From Patescibacteria group bacterium (lineage in GTDB: Bacteria; Patescibacteriota; UBA1384; XYA2-FULL-43-10; 1-14-0-10-43-13): 64,000 nucleotides of DNA. The stretch covers positions 21,561-85,560 of the forward strand of contig JBAZBD010000001.1 of NCBI GenBank assembly GCA_041671645.1, in the 5' to 3' direction. A program made the position numbers and the translations under genes. Each line of letters starts with the position of its first letter. Within the stretch, counting starts at the first letter, position 1. Under the pieces are notes generated by a model. The model was not told the DNA's origin and did not search any database. It saw nothing but the letters and a program-made list of their open reading frames with translations. Below, in pieces: positions 35,148 through 46,483 of the stretch.

Positions 35148-36597
35148 TTTTCTTCAGAATTAATACTTTATCATTATAAACTATAGAGTAATTCTTGAAA
35201 TCTGTGGGCGACGAGGTAGCCTCGGGCGGAAAGTAGATATAGTCATATTTGACTTCGTTGCCTTTCGCTAGATAGTCATCTAGGGCTGGCTTTTCAAAGA
35301 GCATATTATCATACACTAGATTGTAGCGATCACCTACCGCCTTGATCCATATGCCATAGCGCCAATAAGCCGCAATCGTTTTATCTTCGGGAATGTTGTC
35401 CCTTACCCAGGTGATGGCCTTTTGGTCCGATCCAGTCATAATTGCCTGGGCTCCCGGGTCATTCTTCTGCCAATTCAATAATACTGTGTTGGCGCTGTAG
35501 CTAGGAGCGATCGCAAGAAATGCGAGTATCGCGATTAATGTACAACGAGCAACCGCTGGCAAAATCACCGTTTTGGCTAGCGAATAGATCCCGACCGCCG
35601 CGAATACGGCCAGACCCATTTCGAAATACGGGTAGAAGCGAAATGAGAGGAAATATATCCCGAAAACATAGTTTAGCGACATGAAAAGCCCTGCGATTAC
35701 AAGGGCAAATCCAACCTTCACTTCATGCTTGACCCAGTTTTTCAACGAAGCGATAAGTCCAATTATAGCCAAGAATGGGACAAGGATGCGTTGTGGTTGG
35801 TCAGAAGTAAGGATCAGCCAAAACGGGCGCTGACCGTATCCCTTCGGATCGCCCGAGACGAAAAGTAAAAACTTTTCAATCAAGTCATTTTTGAAGAAAT
35901 AAGTAAGCAGTCCGGCCAAGGCATATATTGCCAATAAAATCAAAAGAAATTTCCTGCTCTCTTTGTTCTCTGACTCGACGAATGTAAGAACACAAATAGT
36001 TATGAAAAATAATACATATATGATAAACGAAAGCGGATGGGAAAAAATTAAAATTATTGAAAAAATAATTGTAAAGACGATATTCTTTTTTACAAAGAAA
36101 TAGAGCAGGAGTGCAAACGCAAACCAGCCCCACGTCTCTCCGAGAAGGCCCATCCTGATACCGTCGTTGGTCCAGCGACTTGTCACGAAGATCAGGGCTG
36201 ACAAGAAACCGACGATCCAACTCTTCGAGATTGATTTGGCGAGGAGCGCAACCCCGAGGCCGGCAAGAAAAAAGTAGAAGGAAATAGTTACAGTGAAGAG
36301 CCGAGGCAATTCTACCCCGTGGAACACAATGGAAAGCCATTTGAAAATTATCAGCGGGATCGGGTAGAACATCCCACATATATCGCTGAAGCTCATGGTC
36401 TTGATTCGAGTAATATGAGTCGCTGGATCATCGCCTATCGGAAAAGCAGTGACACGCGCGTATTGGAATGCAAAGTAATAGAGCAGATAAACAAAAAATG
36501 CCCCGACCAAACTTCTCCAAAGAAGGGGGTATTTTTTGAAAAAATTAGAGACTTTTACAATAGCCATTTCCTGATAATCATACCAGAAAATGGCCAT
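35104..36597 (-). CDS. Polytopic membrane protein, GT-C-like glycosyltransferase candidate
   Basis: 497 aa with more than 10 TM segments, an acidic first-loop motif (PIGDDPATH) and a soluble C-terminal domain. This architecture resembles GT-C enzymes; there is no direct sequence match I can name. Confidence 0.4.
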   Translation of the reverse strand: MAIFWYDYQEMAIVKVSNFFKKYPLLWRSLVGAFFVYLLYYFAFQYARVTAFPIGDDPATHITRIKTMSFSDICGMFYPIPLIIFKWLSIVFHGVELPRLFTVTISFYFFLAGLGVALLAKSISKSWIVGFLSALIFVTSRWTNDGIRMGLLGETWGWFAFALLLYFFVKKNIVFTIIFSIILIFSHPLSFIIYVLFFITICVLTFVESENKESRKFLLILLAIYALAGLLTYFFKNDLIEKFLLFVSGDPKGYGQRPFWLILTSDQPQRILVPFLAIIGLIASLKNWVKHEVKVGFALVIAGLFMSLNYVFGIYFLSFRFYPYFEMGLAVFAAVGIYSLAKTVILPAVARCTLIAILAFLAIAPSYSANTVLLNWQKNDPGAQAIMTGSDQKAITWVRDNIPEDKTIAAYWRYGIWIKAVGDRYNLVYDNMLFEKPALDDYLAKGNEVKYDYIYFPPEATSSPTDFKNYSIVYNDKVLILKKNDPPPAAPTRKKRK

Positions 36598-36628
36598 CCA
36601 GCGGAAGTGGACGAGACGAAATCAAAGC

Positions 36629-38806
<2,178 letters not shown>

Positions 38807-38807
<1 letters not shown>

Positions 38808-39970
38808 TATTTGATCTTCTTAGCTTTTTCCCATGGCAGATCTAGATCTGGACGGCCAAAATGGCCGTAGGCGGCGCATTGTCGATAGAGTGGTCGACGA
38901 AGTTTCAACTCTTTGATGATCATACCTGGACGAAGATCAAAGTTCTTGGCGATTTTTTCAGCGATTGCTTCATCAGAGATCTTACCCGTGCCCGAAGTGT
39001 TGACGTAAACAGACAATGGCTCTGGCTTGCCGATAGCGTAGGCGAGCTGGATTTCGCATTTGGAAGCAAGCCCAGAAGCTACAACGCTCTTGGCGACCCA
39101 ACGAGCGGCATAAGCGCCAGATCGGTCAACCTTCGACGGATCTTTGCCCGAGAAAGCGCCTCCGCCATGACGAGCATATCCACCATAAGTATCAACAATA
39201 ATTTTTCGGCCAGTCAGACCTGTGTCGCCCTCAGGGCCACCGATCACAAATTTACCTGTCGTATTAACATAAATCTTGGTCGCTTTGTCAATTTCAAAAC
39301 CATATTCCCTGAGCACTGGAGCGATCACTTTCTCGGTGATTTCTTTTCTCAAAGTCTTCTGGTCTTTGTCTTCTGCGTGTTGAGCGGCGATTAAGACCGT
39401 GTGAATTCGGGCTGGTTTGTCATTTTCATATTCAACAGTGACCTGAGATTTGCCATCAGGATAGAGACCTTTGACAATATTCTTCTTGCGAACTTCAGCT
39501 AGACGCTGGCAAAGTCTGTGCGCTAGCGTGATCGGAAGTGGCATCAGCTCTGGTGTTTCGTCGCATGCAAAGCCAAACATTAAGCCCTGATCCCCTGCAC
39601 CAAGATGCTCCAAGTCTTCCTTCACAATTTTGCCGCCAGCGGTTTGTTCGAAGCTATCAACACCCTGGGCGATGTCCGAAGACTGTTCTTTGATCGCGGT
39701 CATGACACCGGAGGATGAGTGGTGGAAGCCACAACCGTCATAGCCGATCTCTTTGATTACGTTTCGCGCAATCTTGGCCATATCAACGTATGCGTTGGTC
39801 GTAACTTCACCTGCTACCACGGCAACACCATTGGTCAACAACGTCTCTACCGCGACTCTGGATTTTTCGTCCTTCTCAAGCAACGCGTCTAGAACTGCGT
39901 CGGAAATCTGATCCGCCATTTTGTCAGGATGACCCTCCGTCACTGACTCGGAGGTAAATAAATAACTCAT
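38807..39970 (-). CDS. metK: S-adenosylmethionine synthetase
   Basis: [33 protein letters not shown] and [19 protein letters not shown] motifs. Start at MSYLFTSE (39970); the longer ORF-track N-terminus runs into the leader. Confidence 0.95.
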
Positions 39971-40040
39971 ACTAAGCTCCAATCCGCCAAAGGGCGGAGA
40001 ATTAAGAATATTGAATATAGAATCAAGGTTCGAACCCATA

Positions 40041-40065
40041 ATTCCAAATTCGAGATTCCAAATTC
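40041..40065. repeat. Direct repeat ATTCCAAATTC-GAG-ATTCCAAATTC in metK leader
   Basis: Two perfect 11-mers (40041-51 and 40055-65). Their reverse complement GAATTTGGAAT is also contained in the (GGAATTT)4 repeat at 22984-23011. Confidence 0.8.
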
Positions 40066-40092
40066 AAAAAAGGCTTGCCACCGGCAAGACTT
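40066..40092 (-). terminator. Riboswitch expression-platform terminator
   Basis: Minus-strand RNA GUCUUGCC-GGU-GGCAAGCC followed by U6. The CUUGCC arm can alternatively pair with GGCAAG at the 3' end of the aptamer, giving an antiterminator. Confidence 0.7.
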
Positions 40093-40097
40093 TACAT

Positions 40098-40193
40098 TTT
40101 TATCTTGCCCGAAGGCTTGGATTTAGCACTTTACCTTGCGGCAAGCTGCTGGATGGTCGACGGGCCAATTCCCTACCATCACTCTTGATAATT
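40098..40193 (-). promoter_or_regulatory. SAM-I (S-box) riboswitch aptamer
   Basis: The minus strand reads UUAUCAAGAGUGAUGGUAGGGAAUUGGCCCGUCGACCAUCCAGCAGCUUGCCGCAAGGUAAAGUGCUAAAUCCAAGCCUUCGGGCAAGAUAA. It matches the S-box core blocks (UUAUCAAGAG, AGGGA, GGCCC, GA..CC, CAGCA, GUGCUAA.UCC, AGAUAA) and the P1 pairing UUAUC/GAUAA. Confidence 0.85.
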
Positions 40194-40209
40194 ATTTGAT
40201 TGTAAATCC

Positions 40210-40238
40210 ACAATACCAATGCTTTGGTCGGCTGTCAA
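40210..40238 (-). promoter_or_regulatory. Candidate promoter of riboswitch-metK operon (TTGACA-17-TATTGT)
   Basis: Minus-strand TTGACA (40238-40233), a 17-nt spacer and TATTGT (40215-40210), about 20 nt upstream of the aptamer. Confidence 0.45.
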
Positions 40239-40306
40239 ATTCGTACATTGTAGATCGTGATTATATTTGTTATGTTAGTGATATATTTATTCAGGAAGAG
40301 AATGAA

Positions 40307-40996
40307 ATGAAACTCGTTATCGTCATCCCCGCTTATAATGAAGAAGCGGCCATTGAACATGTTTTGAAATCATTGCCCAAGAAGATCGAGGGTATCGATG
40401 ATATTATTTCCTTAGTGGTCGACGATGGCTCTACCGACAAGACAGCCGAGAAAGCATCCCAGCACGCGGGCAGACTCGTCCAGCATGCTATCAATTTGGG
40501 TGTAGGAGCAGCCACAATCACAGGGTTGGAAGCTGCCAAAAAACTTGGTGCAGATATTGTCGTCACTATGGACGCAGACGGCCAGCACAATCCAAAAGAT
40601 ATTCGTAGAGTCATCCTGCCGATTTTGGAAAAAAATGTGGACGTGGTGGTCGGGACCAGAATGTATAACGCGGAAGGCATGCCGAAGTTCAAAATCTTTG
40701 GTAATCATATGATGAATGTGATGACCTTGATAGTGTTTCGTAAATGGTCTTCTGACTCTCAATCAGGCATGAAAGCATTTAACAGGAAAGCACTTAGAAA
40801 GATTTGCCTGCATTCGATGGGATACGAAATTTGTTCTGAGATTGTCGGCGAGATTAAGCGCAACAGGTTGAAGCACCTTGAAGTGCCGATCGAAGTCCTC
40901 TATTCAAGCTACTCCAAACAAAAAGGCCAGAGTTGGATGAACGGAGTTAATATTTTAACAAAAATACTAACCATTAAAATCGCAGGGAGAAAATAA
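40307..40996 (+). CDS. Polyprenyl-phosphate glycosyltransferase (GT2, GtrB/DPM1-like)
   Basis: MKLVIVIPAYNEEAAI, VVDDGSTDKT, TMDADGQH and SDSQSGMKAF motifs. Start at 40307 (AGGAAGAG upstream); the ORF-track extension from 40136 overlaps the riboswitch and promoter on the other strand. Confidence 0.8.
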   Translation: MKLVIVIPAYNEEAAIEHVLKSLPKKIEGIDDIISLVVDDGSTDKTAEKASQHAGRLVQHAINLGVGAATITGLEAAKKLGADIVVTMDADGQHNPKDIRRVILPILEKNVDVVVGTRMYNAEGMPKFKIFGNHMMNVMTLIVFRKWSSDSQSGMKAFNRKALRKICLHSMGYEICSEIVGEIKRNRLKHLEVPIEVLYSSYSKQKGQSWMNGVNILTKILTIKIAGRK

Positions 40997-41343
40997 TGGT
41001 CATCATCGCCAAAATACTTTCCATGGTGATAGGGATAGTAGTCATCACCAAAACATTCCATGATTTTCGGAAGAAAAAAGAGAACCTCATAATGTCCCTC
41101 TTCTGGATATTTACCTGGCTGGCAGTGATGGTTCTGGCTATCTTCCCGCCGATCATCGACGAGATAAACCGTGCGATTGGCGGAAACGACTCCGGACTCA
41201 ACACTTTCTTCGGGGCTGCCTTCGTCTTCTTGTTCTTCGTAACATACAGAATATATATCAAGGCCCACCGTCTCGAGAGACAAATACACAGGATGGTGAT
41301 GAAGATCGGTCTCAAAGATTTTGAGAAACAGGAAGAAGAATGA
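40996..41343 (+). CDS. DUF2304-like small membrane protein
   Basis: 115 aa with 3 TM segments and a C-terminal amphipathic helix (RLERQIHRMVMKIG). The position directly after a GtrB-like GT2 (overlapping its TAATG stop) is typical for DUF2304. Confidence 0.55.
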   Translation: MVIIAKILSMVIGIVVITKTFHDFRKKKENLIMSLFWIFTWLAVMVLAIFPPIIDEINRAIGGNDSGLNTFFGAAFVFLFFVTYRIYIKAHRLERQIHRMVMKIGLKDFEKQEEE

Positions 41344-42353
41344 TTTCGGTAATTATCGTCGGCTATAATAGCAAGAAACATCTTCGAGACTGCCTGGAAA
41401 GTCTGTTCGCCTCCAAATACAAGAAATTTGAGGTGATCTTCGTCGATAACAACTCGCAGGATGGATCGATAAATTATATCGAAAAAGAATATCCTCGTGT
41501 TAAGTTAATTCAGGGCAAGAAGAACTTAGGATTTGCAGGCGGAAATAATCTAGGCATTGATACGGCAGTCAAGAACAAGTCTGAATATGTTTTCCTGCTG
41601 AACCCCGACACGATAATCGATCCTGATTGCCTTGGACAACTTGTTGAAAAAGCCGATAGAAATACTATCCTTCAGCCTTTAATCCTCCTTCACGATGGCA
41701 AGCGTAAGACCGATTTGGTCAATTCGGCGGGAAATGTCCTGAACTTCCTTGGCTTTAGCTATTGTGGCGATTACAAAAAAAACAAATCGGAGATTGCCTC
41801 TGATAAAGATATTTCGGTCGCCAGCGGCGCCGCCATGCTTATCCCTGCTGAGATAATCAGAAAAATCGGCATGTTTGACGAGAGTTTCTTCATGTACCAC
41901 GAAGACGTAGATCTGAGCTGGCGAGCTAGAATTGCTGGTTATAATATTCGATTGATCAAAGACGCCATCGTTTGGCACAAATACTCATTTAGCAAAAACA
42001 AAAATAAGTTCTTCTATGCCGAAAGAAATCGGCTGATATTTTTATTCAAGAATTCTCAAACGAAGACTCTGTTGTTGATCCTGCCTCTGCTGCTCTTGAA
42101 CGAGATTTTTCTCTTATTGTATGCAACAATCGACGGATGGTTTATAGCCAAAATACAAAGCTCTGTTTCTTTTGTTCAAGGATTATCAAGTGTGCTGAGA
42201 GCCAGAAAAAAAATGAAGCGGGCCAAAACAGATAAGGACCTAAAGAAACATCTCAGCTCTAAGTTGAGTTTTTCCGAACTAGATTCCCCTGCTCTCCGTT
42301 GCTATAATATTTTGGTTGATAGCTACTGGAAAATAATTCTAAAATTCGTTTAA
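41340..42353 (+). CDS. Glycosyltransferase family 2 (rhamnosyltransferase-like)
   Basis: MISVIIVGYNSKKHLRDCLESL, VDNNSQDGS, LNPDT and GAAMLI..FDE.FFMYHEDVDLSWR motifs; ATGA overlap with DUF2304. Confidence 0.8.
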   Translation: MISVIIVGYNSKKHLRDCLESLFASKYKKFEVIFVDNNSQDGSINYIEKEYPRVKLIQGKKNLGFAGGNNLGIDTAVKNKSEYVFLLNPDTIIDPDCLGQLVEKADRNTILQPLILLHDGKRKTDLVNSAGNVLNFLGFSYCGDYKKNKSEIASDKDISVASGAAMLIPAEIIRKIGMFDESFFMYHEDVDLSWRARIAGYNIRLIKDAIVWHKYSFSKNKNKFFYAERNRLIFLFKNSQTKTLLLILPLLLLNEIFLLLYATIDGWFIAKIQSSVSFVQGLSSVLRARKKMKRAKTDKDLKKHLSSKLSFSELDSPALRCYNILVDSYWKIILKFV

Positions 42354-42355
42354 AT

Positions 42356-44410
42356 ATGGCAAGAAGAATAAAAAGTAAAACCTGGCTCCAGGCTAATGTT
42401 TGGAAGGGAGTCCCTCAATTCGGTCTCTTTTTTGTAGCCACCTATTGTTTGTCATGGCTGCTAAATTTTTCTTTTGGCATGACTTTGTTCGGTAGTGTAT
42501 TATTATTTTACTTTCCTGGGAAACTTCTGATAGATCTAGCGCCTTGGATCAATTTTAGCTTTGGGAGATTCGGCAACATCTCGTTAAGTATCCTGTATTC
42601 ATTTTTTATTTCCACGATTATTGGATTTTTAACTCAGTCATCATTCGAGTTCAATACGATATGGCAGATTTGGTTGATTATTATTATAAATACTTTCCTA
42701 TCGATTCTTGTTTTGCTCTTTAACCGATGGAAATTATGGAAAAAAATTATTTCTGGTGAGCTAGAACATCAAAAAAAATATACTGTGGACTGGCGTGATT
42801 ACGCGACAATCATCGCATTTGCAAGTGTAATTTTGATTACAGTGGTTGCAAACCCACTGGCGCAGGACGCTGACGGCTATTTGACACAGCTTACGCGATC
42901 AATCGCCCAGAATATCAACTTGGAGCCACGGAGGCAATTCTATATCTCGTTCCTAGGTGTTTGTGCAAAATTTTTGCGAATTGATGTACTTTTTCTGTAT
43001 AGGAATGTATTCATTGCCTTATTCCTCGGCCTATCTCTCATTTTTTATGATTATTTGAGAAAAAATATACATCCTAGATTTACTGCCATTTTGTTATACA
43101 TGTCTCTTCTGGCGCCTTCCGTGATACTCACAGAAATGAATATTATCAGACCACAAGTTGGGATGATGGTTCTGACGATTCCAGTCTTGATTCTCACCGC
43201 TGCTTCAGTCAAGACTAATAATGCCCTAGCGTCAATTGTGGCCTTCACGATTTCCGTTTTCTCAATGAAGTTTCATGAATTAGGTATCTGCCTTGTGATG
43301 ATTTCCTCATTAGCGCTTGTGATAAATTTGTCACAACTAATTTTTGTCGATAAAAAAATTCCATTTAAATACGTCATTTTAGCAATTCTTATCATTCTGC
43401 CGTATATCGAGCTCTTCCATTTAGGGCAAATCTTCGCTGGTGCTACCTTTATGATTAAATATGCGCTACATTTTTTTGATTCCGTTCATTGGAGGTGGTG
43501 GTTTATAAATAACTACCAAACGATGGACGGAGCAGAGTTGGGTTGGACTGGCATTTATGCATTATTTTATTATTTGTATAATGGGATACTGTCGCTTTTG
43601 TTAGCCGTTTATCTCTCGGTTTTTCTGCTGAAAAAAAGAATCAAAGTCAGGCCTTACATTGTATTGCCACTTGTCTATATTCTTCTTTTTTTCTTGGTCG
43701 CAGAAGTTTTGCCGAGGTTGGGCCTGTTCTTTCTGCCCAATCGAGCTTGGGTCCATTTGTCGATCGGAGTTGTTATCATGACAGCCATGCTCATCGAACG
43801 TTGTCAACAACTAGGAGAAAAGAATAAGCTTTTGAACATTGCTCTTATGATATTTATTATTATGGGTTCAGCCGCAAGCTTATATGTTTCCATAAATAAC
43901 GTCTCCATTGTTTATAAGGAAGAATTGGCAGTCGCAAGATATATCAAAAATCATACACCAGCGAATTCAATAATTTTTTCTACCCAGGGCAATGCCACCT
44001 TAATTGACCTTTACAGTAACAGATACTACCATCAGCTCATCTTTGACCATAGGGTCGATAGACTCGAATTTGATAACATATTGGATAAAAATTTACGTAA
44101 TCTTGCTAGTAATACCCCTATCGTTATCCAGCCAGAGCTCAAACAACAGATAACTACCTTAGAAGATGATACCGTTGTAAGTACGAGAACGGTCTTATTA
44201 AAAAATCGAATAATTGAGAACCCTAAAATCCAGTACGATGACAAAACTGCGGTCTATTTCCTGTATTCATATAAGAAATTAAGTGGTTTAAATGCCAAAA
44301 GATCGTATCAACAAAATTCTGATGATATATTAAATCGCGAGATATATTCCGCCTTGGGATACCCTATCGTCTATGCAGATAACGGCGGGATACTGATTAA
44401 AATCAGATAG
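42356..44410 (+). CDS. Large polytopic membrane protein with soluble C-terminal domain, GT-C-like/polymerase candidate
   Basis: 684 aa with about 14 TM segments, an acidic loop (ANPLAQDADGY) and a ~180-aa C-terminal non-membrane domain. Very AT-rich. No family named with confidence. Confidence 0.4.
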   Translation: MARRIKSKTWLQANVWKGVPQFGLFFVATYCLSWLLNFSFGMTLFGSVLLFYFPGKLLIDLAPWINFSFGRFGNISLSILYSFFISTIIGFLTQSSFEFNTIWQIWLIIIINTFLSILVLLFNRWKLWKKIISGELEHQKKYTVDWRDYATIIAFASVILITVVANPLAQDADGYLTQLTRSIAQNINLEPRRQFYISFLGVCAKFLRIDVLFLYRNVFIALFLGLSLIFYDYLRKNIHPRFTAILLYMSLLAPSVILTEMNIIRPQVGMMVLTIPVLILTAASVKTNNALASIVAFTISVFSMKFHELGICLVMISSLALVINLSQLIFVDKKIPFKYVILAILIILPYIELFHLGQIFAGATFMIKYALHFFDSVHWRWWFINNYQTMDGAELGWTGIYALFYYLYNGILSLLLAVYLSVFLLKKRIKVRPYIVLPLVYILLFFLVAEVLPRLGLFFLPNRAWVHLSIGVVIMTAMLIERCQQLGEKNKLLNIALMIFIIMGSAASLYVSINNVSIVYKEELAVARYIKNHTPANSIIFSTQGNATLIDLYSNRYYHQLIFDHRVDRLEFDNILDKNLRNLASNTPIVIQPELKQQITTLEDDTVVSTRTVLLKNRIIENPKIQYDDKTAVYFLYSYKKLSGLNAKRSYQQNSDDILNREIYSALGYPIVYADNGGILIKIR

Positions 44411-44417
44411 GAACCAA

Positions 44418-45464
44418 CTAGTTGAGATGTTTTAGTAATTTGATCAACTTCTCAAATGATTTTGACCATGAATAGCTCCCCGCTGTCTCCAGGCCATTAT
44501 CGATTAACTTTTTACAAAGTTTAGAATCAGCCAAAATTTTCTTAATAGCGGAGGTTGTTTCTTCCGGTCTATTTACCGCGGTGACAATGCAATTTTCCTT
44601 ATTCTTCGCATATTCTCTGGCTCCGACAGTGTCAGTCAAAACCACAGGGGCACCTGACGCCATCGCCTCAAGTGCTGGTAAACCGAAGCTTTCTCCTAGG
44701 CTAGTATTCACGTAGATCAGTGCCCTACTATAGATCTCTGCAAGCTGTTCCCTATCTTTGTATTTTATAAATTCTATTCCGTTCACAATTCTGTCTTCAA
44801 CTGTCGGGGATACTACCTTCGCTTTAATCTCGGGGGAATCTCTTTTGATAATTCTATAAGCTTCCTTAAAAATATGGAAGCCCTTCGGTCTTTGCGGTCG
44901 GCCAACGAAGAGAAGATAATTATCCCTTTTAAGGGAACTCTGATGGAATTCAGGATCAATGCCGTTCTTTACCACCACTGATTTGACCTTGGAAACGCTT
45001 CTCAGGGCTTTTTCTGAGCTATCCGAGACACATACTGCAAGAGCAATGTTTTCAGTGATTTTTTTGTTCCCAAGCATCCGTTTGATAAAAGGGCCGGCCC
45101 AAACCATCTCAAAGAAATCTTGAAAAAGAAAAACAATTTTTGCTTCGAGTTTTTTTTGCTTTTTGGCTTTGATGATTGCCGGTAGCAAAGGAGTATAGAT
45201 CGGAATTAGAAAATCGCACTCTGAAATTAACCCAATTATTTGTTTGAAATAAATTTTCTGGAGAAGAAAGAAATCAACATACCTGATCGGAAAAGATTTA
45301 TATTGTTTGAGCGTAATTCTCCTGTCGATATCAAAAAGAGTTTGGCGGTCAGCAGAGATAATTGTAACCTCGTGGCCACTCTCGGCCAGGAAGTTTGCAT
45401 ACCTGAGCATGACCAAATTACCACCATGCATCTCTAAATTGGGGGTCAGGAAGGTAATTTTCAT
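44418..45464 (-). CDS. Glycosyltransferase family 4
   Basis: NTSLGESFGLPALEAMASGAPVVLTDTVGAREY (EX7E region). Start at MKITFLTPN (45464), which forms ATGA with the upstream stop. Confidence 0.8.
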   Translation of the reverse strand: MKITFLTPNLEMHGGNLVMLRYANFLAESGHEVTIISADRQTLFDIDRRITLKQYKSFPIRYVDFFLLQKIYFKQIIGLISECDFLIPIYTPLLPAIIKAKKQKKLEAKIVFLFQDFFEMVWAGPFIKRMLGNKKITENIALAVCVSDSSEKALRSVSKVKSVVVKNGIDPEFHQSSLKRDNYLLFVGRPQRPKGFHIFKEAYRIIKRDSPEIKAKVVSPTVEDRIVNGIEFIKYKDREQLAEIYSRALIYVNTSLGESFGLPALEAMASGAPVVLTDTVGAREYAKNKENCIVTAVNRPEETTSAIKKILADSKLCKKLIDNGLETAGSYSWSKSFEKLIKLLKHLN

Positions 45465-46429
45465 TTCAGTTTGTCCGTCATCTTTTTTCTCATCGACATC
45501 AGCAGCTTTATCCACGGTCCGTTAAAGACAACAAACGCAAAGATTGAAGTGAACAAATAGGGCACAAAAGCAACAAGCCAATAGTTATTCTCTCGGTAAT
45601 AACTCCAAAGAATTTTATTCATTTCCTCTCGAGACAAGCAATCCTTGATACCCGACTCATCCTCCACAAACTTACGCTGTTCCCTGCTGATCACATGGGT
45701 GGGTCCGGTTGAGAATAAGTCTCTTGTCCTCTTGCCATACTCAAGTTTGTCGATAACGGTAAATTTTCCGACATTAACATCACGCATTCCCTTATTTACT
45801 AAGACTGGTGATTTTCCAGTCAAGAAGAACGGAACCCCGAGATCCACAGCGTTAAGAAGATAGGTACCAACATCGTTGGAGGTGGCATACTTATGACTCG
45901 AAAGTATCCTATAAAAATTTCTGACAAAATCTTGGCTATTCGAAATCCTCGGCCCAGCCGATGTAACGCTAAAGCCTTCATTCCGATAAATATCAGCGCT
46001 CTTGTCAATAAAATCCAACCAGAAGAGGCAGATGGTGACCGGCTGGAATTCAGCCGGAAGAGTTTTAAGCTCCTTACAATATTCCTTGATATTAAAGTCG
46101 CTTTTTAGGAAATAAGTTGAATGACTCGGGAAAACAACTGTCCCCTTTGCGTCAGATTTTATGGTAATTTTGTGGGCATTTTTGTAATGGATGTATGGAG
46201 ACCCCATTACATACGCCGGAATTTTGCTTTTCTTGCGCCAAGCCAAGACCATCCGTTTATTGAAAAGAAAAACACAGGGTTTATCAGTGCTAAGGTCGCT
46301 CACTGCCGGCTCCAAGAGAATGCTCCACCCGTGGTCGATATGACAGGGTAACGGCAGAAACCGTGGAAAGCGAGCGTAGTCTTTCAAAACTTGGTTAAAA
46401 CCGTAATTTCTGCCCTCTGTATATTGCAT
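45461..46429 (-). CDS. Hypothetical protein (322 aa) with C-terminal TM anchor, no family recognised
   Basis: Soluble ~280-aa domain (HIDHGWS, FPSHSTYF) followed by a hydrophobic tail (WLVAFVPYLFTSIFAFVVF). Embedded in the nonulosonate operon. Confidence 0.45.
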   Translation of the reverse strand: MQYTEGRNYGFNQVLKDYARFPRFLPLPCHIDHGWSILLEPAVSDLSTDKPCVFLFNKRMVLAWRKKSKIPAYVMGSPYIHYKNAHKITIKSDAKGTVVFPSHSTYFLKSDFNIKEYCKELKTLPAEFQPVTICLFWLDFIDKSADIYRNEGFSVTSAGPRISNSQDFVRNFYRILSSHKYATSNDVGTYLLNAVDLGVPFFLTGKSPVLVNKGMRDVNVGKFTVIDKLEYGKRTRDLFSTGPTHVISREQRKFVEDESGIKDCLSREEMNKILWSYYRENNYWLVAFVPYLFTSIFAFVVFNGPWIKLLMSMRKKMTDKLK

Positions 46430-46483
46430 AGGTGTCCTAGCGTTAAAAACAACTGTTTAGTAAAACCCATTCCGGCCTAAAGC

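Noticed and set aside
40136-40306. A 57-codon N-terminal extension of the GtrB-like GT2 gene given by the ORF track.
   Set aside because: The extension overlaps the SAM-I aptamer and its promoter on the opposite strand and has no family similarity. The conserved GT2 start (MKLVIVIPAYN) has its own purine-rich RBS at 40307.
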